Assembly (NCBI GenBank): GCA_964016885.1
Contig: OZ024740.1
Location: 119,784,001-119,848,000, forward strand
DNA: 64,000 nt
Direction of reading: 5' to 3'
DNA from: Eledone cirrhosa
Taxonomy: Eukaryota
The stretch's first letter is position 1. Every line of letters begins with the position of its first letter. The position numbers and the translations under genes were made by a program. A model generated the notes under the pieces. That model had not been told where the DNA came from and ran no database searches. It worked only from the letters and a program-made list of their open reading frames with translations. Below, one piece after another: positions 52,487 to 64,000 of the stretch.

Positions 52487-55455
52487 GTGTATGTGCAGAT
52501 ATTTTTCCAACACATAGGGCCTGTTAGAGAAGAAAACTCAAATTCTTTATTTGTTATATGTTGGACTGTTTCATCTTCACAACTGAAAAGAGGATAATAG
52601 CCCTAAAATATGTCAAATTACACTGGGTAAAATATTACTTTATTCATATTTTCTACTGGCTTTTAAAAAAGCTTATCGGTCATTTACTACACACACACAC
52701 ACACATATATATATATAAAGGAAACAAACAGAAGATAAGTGTACTTGAAAAAGTTTGAAAGATTACACATGGAAAATATGTTGGACCCTTCTTTAATCTC
52801 ATGTATTTAATGAGGACATTATTAATAAATGCTAGCAATGAATAGGTACAAATTTTCATGTAACCACCGGGTTCTTTCCCACAGTATGGCACCACAGGCA
52901 AGTATCCTTTACTTGAGTATCAGATTATTTACCAATATCATGTGAGTGGAATTTGGTAGTGGGGATTTGTCGAGAAACCTATATATAAAATGATGGACTG
53001 AATATGTACACGTTTTTCCCCCTTTTTCTCCCAATTTTTCCTCTTCTCATTGTTTATCTTTTTATTTTATCTCCTATTTCTAGCTCTATCTTCTGATGAA
53101 GGAGTAGTTAAGACTCTTTCCTGCTATTTTAAGTGTTAAACTAATATATTTCTTCAATGTACTGTGTTGTTTGCTTTGCTATTTCTGTTTACTTTATATA
53201 TATATATATGTGTACTAAGAGAGAAGCTAGACGTCAGGTGTACTTAGCACGCAGGGAGGCAGAGAGTAGGAGGTTTGCCAATGTTCTGCGACGGGAAGAT
53301 CAGAGGCGTGCGGTGTTCCACATTGCAAGGCAGTGTGTCAATGCAAATCAAGATGTTGTTGGAGATAAATGTGTCCGGGATGATGCTGGTGTACTTAGTG
53401 TCACGAATGATCAGAAAAAGGAGGCCTGGAAATGTCATTATGAGAGACTGATGAATGTGGAGAACGAATGGGAGAGAGAGAAATTACCCTTGGTAGATCC
53501 GACAGAGGGACCAGCTATTGAGATTGACGAATATAGGGTCCAAGAGGCGATTAGGGAAATGAAAAATGGTAAGGCGGCCGGACCATCGGGAATAGTTGCT
53601 GAGATGCTGAAGGCATCAGGGGACGTAGGCACTAAACTAGTTGCACACGTCATCAATCAGGCTATATATGGTGGTGTCATACCCAAAGACTGGTGCAGCA
53701 GTATTCTCATAAATTGCTACAAAGGTAAAGGGGATGCTTTGGAGAGGAGCAATTATAGGGGTATAAAACTGATAGATCAGGTTATGAAAGTGGCAGAAAG
53801 GATTTTAGCACAACTAATTAGAGAAAGGGTCAAACTAGATGAGATGCAGTTTGGTTTTGTGCCTGGGAAAAGTACAACAGATGCCCTCTTCTTGGTGAGA
53901 CAAATGCAAGAGAGGTTCTTAGAGAAGAATAAGCCACTATACTTAGCCTTTGTTGACCTAGAGAAGGCCTTTGATAGGGTACCCCGATCTGTCATCTGGT
54001 GGTCCCTAAGGAAGCAAGGTGTTGAGGAATGGCTTGTAAGGACAGTGCAAACTTTGTACAGAGGTACTCTCAGTAAAGTCAGGGTAGGAATTCCAGATAC
54101 AAGTAGGAGTACATCAGGGTTCGGTCCTCAGCCCGCTCTTGTTCATTATAGTCCTCCAAGCCATAACAGAGGAGTTTAAGACTGGCTGTCCATGGGAACT
54201 TCTCTATGCTGACGATCTGGTTCTTATAGCAGAATCAGTAGAGGAGCTAGAGAATAAATTCTGGCTATGGAAACAGCAGTTGGAAGCAAGAGGACTGAGA
54301 GTGAATCTAGCTAAGACAAAAGTGTTGATGAGTAGAAAAGAGGACAAAACCCTGATTCCGTCAGGGAAATGGCCATGTTCGATATGCAGAAAAGGAACTG
54401 GCATAAACTCTATAAAATGCACACAATGCAGATCCTGGGTACACAAGAGATGTAGTGGGATAGCAGGCAAACTAACAGGTAGGGAGAGATATGTATGCAG
54501 TAGATGTACAGGGAAATTAGACAGTAGAAGTCGCACTGATAGACACATTTTTCAAATGCAAGAGGGCGCTATAGAAGTGGTGGATAGCTTCCGGTACCTA
54601 GGAGATCAGATTAGCATGGGAGGAGGGTGTTCCGAGGCCATAGTATCTAGAATAAGGACGGGTTGGAAGAAGTTTAGGGAGCTGCTTCCTCTGTTGACGA
54701 AGAAGGGTTTCTCCCTGCGTACGACAGGCCGGTTGTATGATGCCTGTGTGAGGAGTGCGATGCTGCATGGTAGTGAGACATGGGCAGCAACCGCAGAGGA
54801 TATGCGACGGCTGGAGAGGAATGAGGCAAGCATGCTCCGTTGGATGTGCAGTGTAAATGTGCGTGAACGACCCAGCATAAATGTGTTGAGAGAGAGACTG
54901 TGTCTGAGAGGGATAGAATGTAGTGTACGGGAGAGGAGACTGAGGTGGTATGGACATGTGATGCGCATGGAGGATGACTGATGGGTGAAGAAGTGCCAGG
55001 AAATGCCAGTTGAAGGAAGACGTGGTAGAGGTAGACCACGAAAAACATGGGCGGAGGTGGTGAGAACAGACCTCAGATCATTGAAGCTCACGGTGGAGAT
55101 GACGAGGGACCGTGACGAGTGGAGAGATGCTGTGCTGAATAAGACCCGTCCCACCCTTGCAACCAGGGAAAAGTGGACGTAAAATGATGATGATGATGAT
55201 GATGATGATGTGTGTGTGTGTGTGTGTAGTAAATGACTGATAAGCTTTTTTAAAAGCCAGTAGAAAATATGATGGGCAAATGAAATAAAACAAAACAGAA
55301 TAAAGTAATATTTACCCAGTGTAATTTGGCATATTTCAGGGCTATTATCTTCTTTTCAGTTGTGAAGATGAAACAGTCCAACATATAACAAATAAAGAAT
55401 TTGAGTTTTCTTCTCTAACTGGCCCTATGTGTTGGGAAAATATATACACATACAC
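52487..55455. repeat. Inverted duplication (arms ~52487-52703 and ~55209-55455)
   Basis: Arms are reverse complements with scattered substitutions and one insertion in the right arm; inner ends are (CA)n/(TG)n. Confidence 0.88.
53209..55210 (+). mobile_element. 5'-truncated RTE LINE, second subfamily
   Basis: ORFs 53157-54179, 54139-54981 (LLYADDLVL) and 54985-55182; one frameshifting deletion near 54088 and one stop; very short 3' UTR and (ATG)n tail. Confidence 0.93.
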
Positions 55456-55633
55456 AGGGTTGCTATCATAACCATTTCACCTTGTGTCTTTCTGACCTTT
55501 TATTTATTTCTGGCTTTAACCGTCTGATGAAAATAACTTCCTTAATTCTTAAATTTCCTCTATTCCTTTCACTTGCCTCTATGGTGACATCAATGTCTTT
55601 GTTACAGCATCTGTGAAGATGTTTTTTTATGGA

Positions 55634-55745
55634 CTAGGCTCTCACTGTCACATGTTCCTTGATTCGTTTGTGTAATCTCTTTATGTACCTTCTAATGTAT
55701 GAGGAGCTGCATTTTTTGCATGTGATCTTATAGACCACATATGGG
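55634..55745 (-). mobile_element. Penelope-like GIY-YIG endonuclease fragment
   Basis: VVYKITCKKCSSSYI....RLHKRIKEH. Confidence 0.75.
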
Positions 55746-55989
55746 GTGCTGGGGGTCTCAAGAGAAGCACTGAAAAGTACAGAATGTGGGGGCAGTAAAA
55801 GGCAGAATGTGGTGAGCGAAGAAGGCAGCAAAAATATAAAATAGTAGTTGCTCGTAAATACGGTCACCAAATGTTTAAGTGAAATAAACTGATGAAAATC
55901 TAATTTCAGTTTATAATTTTTCATACAACATATAAGGGGTGATGTGCTGATGAAATATATTAACTAGGGAGGTGGAGCAGACCAAAACA

Positions 55990-56860
55990 TTTGTAAAACT
56001 TGTTTAAATAGAACATTTGAAAGTCAAAATCTCTGGGATTTTTGTTCTTTAATCAGATCTGGATATGAATGAACATTTAGTATATAACTCATTACGCAGA
56101 AATCATATGGTTATCTCACAGGAAAGTGTTGCACAGAGTTATATTACAACTAAGTAAAGTAGAATTTTTTTATCTATAACAAAATCATCTTTTAACTTCA
56201 AGATTTTCCAATTTCTAGTGGATGCTTCAATTATCTTATGTTTCTGATATTATTTTCTACCTTAAATGACTTAAATATCTTTCCATGATGCTATCAAACA
56301 ATTATTGGTTTAATGGAGAAAATAAATCCATTTAAAGAAAACCTCAAATTGTGGAAATGGAAAAGTGAAGCAACAAATTTTGCATCTTTTCCATCATTCA
56401 ATCTACTGAAACAAGATTACCATAATAATTTTGACGACATGAAGGATATTATTTTAAACTGTCTAAGAAATTTGATAACAGAATTCAGTCAATACATTCC
56501 AACAGATGCTGATGAGAAATGCATTTGCATTCTATTTATATGCAGTACTGATATTATCGATAGGCATCTGGATTTTTGTCAACATTAATAAATTTCAAGA
56601 GCCGTTTATTGAATTTCAAAATGATTCAAGGATTAGTTATAATTTCAATAAAAATGTGAAATCTATCAATTTGTCTGAAAGGAAAAAAAGCACTTGTTAG
56701 TAATTGAAAATGAAAGTGCTTTATCCCTTTATTTGCATTTGCTACAACATGACTCTGGAGGTTAAAGAGTTTTCAAAAATAACAATTGCAAAAACTGATC
56801 TACGAAGTTGATTGCAACTAAATAATGCAGTTTATCAAAGATGAAATATAAACTGGAAAA
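55990..56860 (+). pseudogene. Decayed hAT (Charlie/Buster-like) transposase C-terminal half
   Basis: WLSHRKVLHRV remnant at ~56108; MEKINPFKENLKLWK...FASFP...LITEFSQYIP. Confidence 0.65.
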
Positions 56861-58066
56861 ACTTTATAAACTTTTCATAAAATTGCAGACATGTCCATAC
56901 ATTTTACTGTATGGTAAGGTAAGCAAAGGCTTTTTTTAATATAATCATAACATGGAGGAGTGTCAGAGGTGTACAGAGCCTACATAGAGACTGAGTTTTA
57001 CTAATGTATGAATTTAACCATAGTCTTTTCTGTTCTGAACAGTGAATGTAATTTTATTGCAACAAGTTAAACAATCAGTTTATGAGGCATAAGCCATATG
57101 AAGTTATGAATAGCTAACTTTAACATAAATCTTTGTTGTAAGGCATATCGATAAAGATTTTCATAAAATATATAGCCTTGAAAAAGTAAATAGTCATAAT
57201 CATTGATCATTTTCAGTTGCATATTTAGTTTCAAGTATTAATGTTTGTTAGTGTTACTGAGAAAATTAGGGAAATTCAGTGACTATTTTCTCATTTTAAG
57301 GTAGTTAGCTAGCCCATTTTACTTTTTAATAAGCAAATTGAGAAATCACATCTCCAATACTATGGGCATGTGGTTAGAATGTCTCAGGAAAGAATGCCTG
57401 GACAGATTTTACGGGCAAAACCAAAAGGCAACAGAAACAGGGATAGACCCCCAAGCATGATTACATTCATAAGCTCATCTGGTCTTGCTTGGAGATCCAG
57501 CTGTATCAATTGGAGAAAAGGAGAAAGAAGAAGACAAATTACTAATGGCCAAAATTTTCATCATTTTTTTCTATGCTAAAATCCTTTTTAGACTAAACCA
57601 CCAGGCTTGGTTTTAGCTGAGATTGGCTTACAATGCCCAATAAGACCAAAATATATTGGTAGCAATCATCTTGCCTGTTAACAATTGAGATTCTCACTTA
57701 AGCTTGTAATTATCTCTCAATTTTCTTTGGGAATCACTCTGTTTTTATTTTCTTACTAAACTTTATTGATAGATCTCAGCATAGCTATCAGTTTAGTTTT
57801 TCATAACTTTCTTAATAATGTATATATTTATTGAAGTTTGCAGAGATACATTATCGAAGATAAAATTTAAAAGAAAAAGGTTTAAATTATTTTCTTTTTC
57901 AAATCATATTTGCAATATTATCTTGATTAACATCTTATTCTGCATCAACAGGAAACTGCAATGTATGATGAAAACATTTCCTAGTTTACATTTAGCTTAA
58001 TATAAGTCGTAAGTATTCAGCAGAGAAAGTTAAAAACACTAACATATACAATAACAAAAAGATTTA

Positions 58067-59226
58067 CTAGGACTAACTAAAAAGTTTTGAGCCTCACACA
58101 GAATACAAATAGATATACAAATGGAATTTTGTCTGTGAAATCTGCAACATGTTCTTACAGTGATAGCCAGGTTTTATGGTCTAAACACTTTTTCATTTCT
58201 TCTCGCAGATTCTTAATTTTGATGTACTCAGGTTTTTTAAATGAAAAATGGAGAAACACAAGTATTGAACAGTTACCGAGTATCTGCAGCTGAAAGGCAT
58301 GACCCCCAGCAGAAATTCATAAGGATATGCAAGAGATATTAGGCAAAGATACCCCTTCATATACCATGGTCAAATACTAGATAAATGAATTGAAGTGTGG
58401 CAAGGAAAGTGTGGAAGATGAGGTCTGGGAGGCCATTAATAATGATCACAACAATGACCTTGTCCTTGGTATGATGGAGGATCGAAGACTGTCATCTTGT
58501 CAGATAGCACTCATTGCACCATATACTCCAACAATTTGGAACATTTGAAGCTGATCCGGAAGATTTCCTGGCACGATTTGTAACCATGGACAAGACCTGG
58601 GTCATTCACTACCAGCCTGAAATAAAAGAGCAGTCTAAACATTGGAAGCACCCACCCTAACCCAACCCAACAAAGGCCAAGGTTACACCATCAGCAGGAA
58701 AAGTCATGACTACGATCTTCTGGGATGCACATGGAGTGTTTTGGTGGGTTATCTCCAAAAGGGCTACACCATCACTGGACAATATTATGCTGAACTTCTT
58801 AAACCTGTGTTTGAGGACATCAAGAGGAAGAGGTTAAGATTGCTAATGAAAGGGGTCTTGTTCCATCATGACAATGCTCCTACCCACACCTTGGTAGTTG
58901 CAATGGCAACAATCCATTACTCTGGCCTTCAACTCGTCCCTCATCCATTATACATGCCAGACCTTGAACCCTCTGACTTCCACATGTTCCAAAACATGAA
59001 CAATGATATGGCTGGACAACACTGTGCTACAGATGACGATGTCATAGATGCTGAAGACACCTACCTGAAGGCCAAACTAAGGAGTTCTACATTAGCTTGA
59101 TTCAAGCACTTCAGCACCTGTGGAAGAACTGTGTAGTCTTGAAGGGAGCCTATGTTGGAAAATAAAACTAGAAAATAGTTTTATAACTAGTTTCTTGGAG
59201 GCTCAAATCTTTTCAGCTGCCCCTCA
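58067..59226 (+). mobile_element. Mariner transposon, near full length, decayed
   Basis: TA-flanked TIRs (...aaaagttttgagcct / aggctcaaatcttttcagctgcccctca); FVTMDKTWVIHY, HHDNAPTH and HPLYMPDLEPSDF motifs. Confidence 0.9.
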
Positions 59227-62200
59227 TAAAATTGTATTTCTCCTTTCATCAACATAATTGTGATTAAAATGAGGTAAAATGTATAAAATTTAACTTTTAA
59301 TAAAAAATATACATTATTCAGAAAGTAATACGGAAACGAATTTGATGGGGTGGGGAAAATCACTAAAGTGTAGCTATGCCAACATTTCAATTAATTGAGA
59401 ACATTTTGCTGAAGTCATTTAGCACATTATTCCTAAGCAGTTAAATGTTAAATCTGAATCTCTACCATTTTTGCCACTCTGCTATCGTTATAAAATACCA
59501 ACTGTATTATACTTGACGTATTTGATGACAAGTGCAGCAAAATATTTAAATTATTATAAGGTATTTTTAAATTGAAAAATTACTGAAAACATGAAAAAAT
59601 TATTACGCTAAATATTTGGACATGGAAATGCTTTTTTTTTATTCAGCTATTTTTCCCCATCAATTTTCCATTAAAATAAACCATCTATGGCATCCAACTC
59701 TAAATCATAATTTTACGCCAACGAAATCCCTGAATTAAAGAAGTATAAAAAGCTGTAAAAAGCAGGAAAAGGAAAATATATTCATATCTGTTTTGCTCAG
59801 AGTAATTTGAAGACTTATCGTAAATTCAATTACTTTCACTGAGTCAAAGTCACTTCTCCCTTTAAGTGACATATTAGAATGTCAGTGAATTTTTTCTCTC
59901 TCAATGACATGATCATTATCATTATTATATTTATAATCATCATTAAAATAAAACACACTTTTCAAAATATGAACCTTAATATCAACGTTATTATCAGCAT
60001 TGCTGTCAGGTAATAGAAGCATCTTTGGGGTCACTTCACCTACTAAAAAGAGCTGACAAATCTCTATCTTAAAAAAGGAAATACAAATTGGATAATGAAC
60101 GTACTTCAAGTTATACATTAAAATGGGATGGAACATCTTTAATCATATGTCTACATGATCTGGGCAAAACAACAATCATCATCATCATCATTATTATCTC
60201 CTAATTTTACTTTCCTCCTTATTATCACCCATACGTTTTAAAAAATATATACATTGCTTTGTTAGAATTCGTTAAACTGTCCCAAGGAAAATAATTGTGA
60301 TTTTATGAATAAGAACTACTGAATGTAAACCAAAAAGTTATTATTACCTAACCTTTCATGAAATACACTGTATTTGAATTAATTGATAAAGAATTTGGTA
60401 AGATTTATTAAAATTATAAAATGTTTTATTAAGATGGTATTCATGACATAAAACAAAGATTCTTACATAAAATTATGTTGGATATTATTAAATTAAATAG
60501 GAACCTATCCATATTAGAGGTGTTTAATCAATTTTGCTATACAACAAACCATCAAAGAAGACTACATGATCGCTTGAACTTTTAAAAATAGTAATCAAAT
60601 TCCTATAAAACCAAATCCTATGTTTTGAATAAGGAATAAAGACATTACGTAATGTGGTCCTACATACCTCTAAAAATCTGGTTGGTCATGGCAGGAATAC
60701 CTTTGATTTTTAGTCTGTTTGGTCGGGGCTAATATGGCTGAACTACATCTTTTTCTCACAGAGACAAATAATTTTAAGGGAGAGTAATATAAGAATGTGG
60801 TGTTTATAGTTTTCTCCAAGACCACCAAATCCAACAAAGATCAGTAGATATATAATTGAAGATATTTGAGCTTTATTTTTCTTATATTCAGAAAACATAG
60901 GACCATATTATTCAGTGTGTCCATTTTAAAGATGGTAGGCTGTATTTCTAGTAGATTAAGCTACCACTTAAAAGATATAGATTTCATTTATAGAGAGTGG
61001 TGGCATTCATTAACTGAGTATTTTATCTGGTAAGACTGAGCTCAAATCCCATAGGCATAATCTATTGCCCAGTGCTCAAGGTCCATTCTGAATTTGATAC
61101 TCTTTATAACATTTGTATAAGATTAAAAAAATAACACATCTTTTACTTGCAATACTTACTAAAAGTTTTGTTTAGTCGCAAATTAGCCTACCCCACCTTT
61201 TTCTTAGACATTACATATATATGACTATATTAGCAAATGTGTCTTCCATGTTTTAACATAATGGGGTATAATTTTAAGGAGATTTGGTTGAGAATTTTTG
61301 CAGGTAGTATGATCGCATAAAGGTTCTCTCCTTTCGCTGGTGTTATTGAATAAATTCAAATAAGTATACAATCAGTTCACTGTTTATGTGACAACCACAT
61401 TCAATTTTCAGCATCAGATACACAGAGTTGTTTTGAATATCATAGACAAATGGTTTATTTGATCCCTTTTTATATTGAAATAGCATATTGTTCATATTGT
61501 TCAGTTTTATCTACTCTCTCAAGTGAAGTACTTTCATTTTGTCTATAAAGTAATAATCAACCACTTGGTTATACAAAATTCTGTGCCCAACATTTTATGT
61601 ATAGCATGATTCGTTGAATGTATGATTAAATAGAATCCTGTTAAATCTCAGGCTTTCAGTATACGTGACTTTGCAGCCATCATAGCAGTCTATGATATCT
61701 ATGTGATTAGAATACCTGATTCATGATTTATGGATTGTTGATATACGGCAAGAGTTGCAATTTGTCTCTGTAAACTAACAATTTATTGTAATTATATAAC
61801 TCTAGCTTGGCTTCTGATTGTGAAAGTATTGTTGGAAATATAAAACTATACCTTGATTTTTCCTAAGCTATACCATCATTATAAACCAGACATACCAACA
61901 AAAGAGGGCTCAGAATAGACGTTAATTAACTAACAAACCATCTTCATAAGAAATATTGTTTATTCTATGGTAATATTTATACTCTTAATGTTTTAATTTT
62001 CATATGTAGTCAGTCATCTTCTTTGTTTTTACATGACGTACATTTAGCTTTGTTTTATTTCATAATCCTTATTAGAGATTCAGCAGCTCATCATACTGCT
62101 TTCATCCTCCTCATTATGAGAAATATATTTAATCTTTTGATGTCTGTGCTTAATCTGAATCCTATATTCTTTATCATAAAGGAAAAAAACGAGAGAATTG

Positions 62201-62999
62201 TCAACATTTTATTATTTTATTTCCACCACACCTTCTCGCCAGCAAGATCTGCTTGTCAGTATTAATCATAGTTAGAAGCCTTTTAGATGGTTTTACTCAT
62301 GTCTCATGTTTCGATTATTTTTTTACTATTGTTCCTACCACCAACCATTTTAGAGGATTATTGGGTGAATTTTGTCATGGCACATGCATTAGAGATGTTG
62401 TCACGTCCTCAGCATGACTTAAGAGTTCGTTGACAGACATTAAGTTTGTACATTTGCAAACCACATTACAGAGCTTACTGGGTTCATGTTATCATGACAC
62501 ATACACCAAAGAGGCTTCCTTGTTTCTGGGAGTACTAAAGACTCCTCACTTCTCTATGTTTTCTCTGTTTGTTCACCAACACAACAGGGTTGTTTTATCC
62601 CCAGGAAGACACTAATACATCTCTTAAGTAGCACATTTTTTCAGGCTACAATACTAATACCATTTCACTGCTATTGATACTATCCATTGTAACTCAGTAT
62701 TATAATCATTAACAGTATGAATTATATATTAATTATGTGTTTCAGCATTGGAGTAACAGCTTTGTTCAACAACCAAGAGATTCTAGGTTTGATCTTACTG
62801 TATTACACTTTGGGTGCTTTAGATTAAATAATATGTTAACAGAGAATTGTGGTGGATCTAAATTATGCAAAATTCCAACATATGTCTGTCTGTCTGTCTT
62901 TCTATCTGTCTGTATGTTTGTCTGTATGTATGTATGTGTGCACGAATATATATGTGTGTGACATGCATTTATGAAAACATGTTTTATTAAAATGACATT

Positions 63000-63310
63000 T
63001 TGTCAGATTAACTGTTTTAAAATTACATAAATATATGGATGTACCATTGTAAGGAAACTTGCAGAAATATTTGAGAGAGAAGGATAAACAATGAATTGCA
63101 GTTGATGATGGGAACAAGACCAGCAATAAATATTTTGAGTTGAGGCAGAATGAAAGAGGTGTAATAGAAATAAATGCGGAAAGAAATAGAGAAAGGGGAA
63201 GATGAAGAAAGGTATGGTTAAAGATGATGGCAGAAGAAATGAAATTCAGAAGGTTAGTGAGGGAAAATGTAGACAATGAAGAAAAATAGAATGTGTGGCA
63301 AGTGACCTGC
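63000..63310 (+). mobile_element. Highly decayed RTE C-terminal fragment
   Basis: R.RGR.RKVW-like remnant near 63185-63220. Confidence 0.4.
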
Positions 63311-63739
63311 AAAGCTAACTTCTGCTTTGGCCTGAAGGGTGGCCTTCAAGTACTAGTAATTGTTTTACACTTTACTCAAGTGAAGTGAAAACTAATTTAA
63401 GAATTGTATCTCCCCAAAATTAAATGAAGCTCAGGAAAAGATTTAATATTTGTCATTACACTGGCAAGTATCACCTTGAAGAGATTAAATCACAGGACTT
63501 TCCATAGACTGTTAATAAGAATCAAACTGACTCGTTTCATCTTTCATTAAGGACAGCTGCATTTTGGTTTGGTAGTTTAGAAGACAGAATTATCAATCCC
63601 TAATGCATCTAGTTAATTCAATCTTCAGTCTTTGCTACTAACAGGCCTATGGTGTAACCACAAAGCTTAATTTCATAGCAAGACAAAATTAATGCAGAAT
63701 AAATATATATGTATGACATATTTAATCATACTCATGTGG

Positions 63740-64000
63740 TATTATCATCATTATCATCGTTTTTATGACTGATTTTCCACACTTATATCGGATGGACAGG
63801 CTATTTTCAGTACAGCATCTTTTCAGTGATGCATTCCTGTGCCATCTCCTCTGTCAGTCTCAACAATTTGCAATCAACACTCAACAGCTGTACCCATATC
63901 GTTCTTACTCTAACTTTACAGAGGATTTATTCCACTGAGATTTCCTGGTACTTCTTCAACAAGCAATCATCATCCATGTGCATCACATGTCCATATTAAC
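63740..64000 (-). mobile_element. Decayed RTE 3' end, continues beyond the window
   Basis: YGHVMHMDDDCL on the minus strand at the window end; (CAT)n-type tail near 63745. Confidence 0.7.

Noticed and set aside
53085-53125. CTGATGA hammerhead starts (also 22654-22695 and 55524)
   Set aside because: GAAA and stem I partner missing or mutated

Overview
AT-rich, repeat-saturated animal genomic DNA, most likely an octopus/coleoid cephalopod (inferred from OK-like tRNA SINEs, RTE LINEs with (ATG)n tails and abundant (TA)n). I could not support any conserved host exon, and most six-frame ORFs are microsatellite artefacts or antisense shadows of TEs. The window holds many RTE LINE copies whose RT carries an inserted C4-H-C3 (PHD-like) finger, a near full-length CRE-clade element, a full-length decayed CsRn1-type Ty3/Gypsy element nested inside a Penelope-like element (PLE), mariner/Tc1, hAT and Helitron relics, and SINEs. 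Two things stand out. (1) A series of type I hammerhead ribozymes in PLE pseudo-LTRs: one fully canonical (298-378) and several minimal ones with a compensatory U3-A8 core, one of them split by the Gypsy insertion. (2) A compact ~3 kb cassette (37803-40862) that the ORF track fragments. It contains an intact three-exon SGNH-hydrolase-like gene with 55/57-nt introns, a convergent orphan 115-aa ORF, a GC-rich insert between 208-bp near-perfect inverted repeats, and 17-18-nt repeat arrays; it looks like cargo of an unrecognised mobile element. All calls come from reading motifs by eye; no searches were run, and boundaries of decayed elements are approximate.
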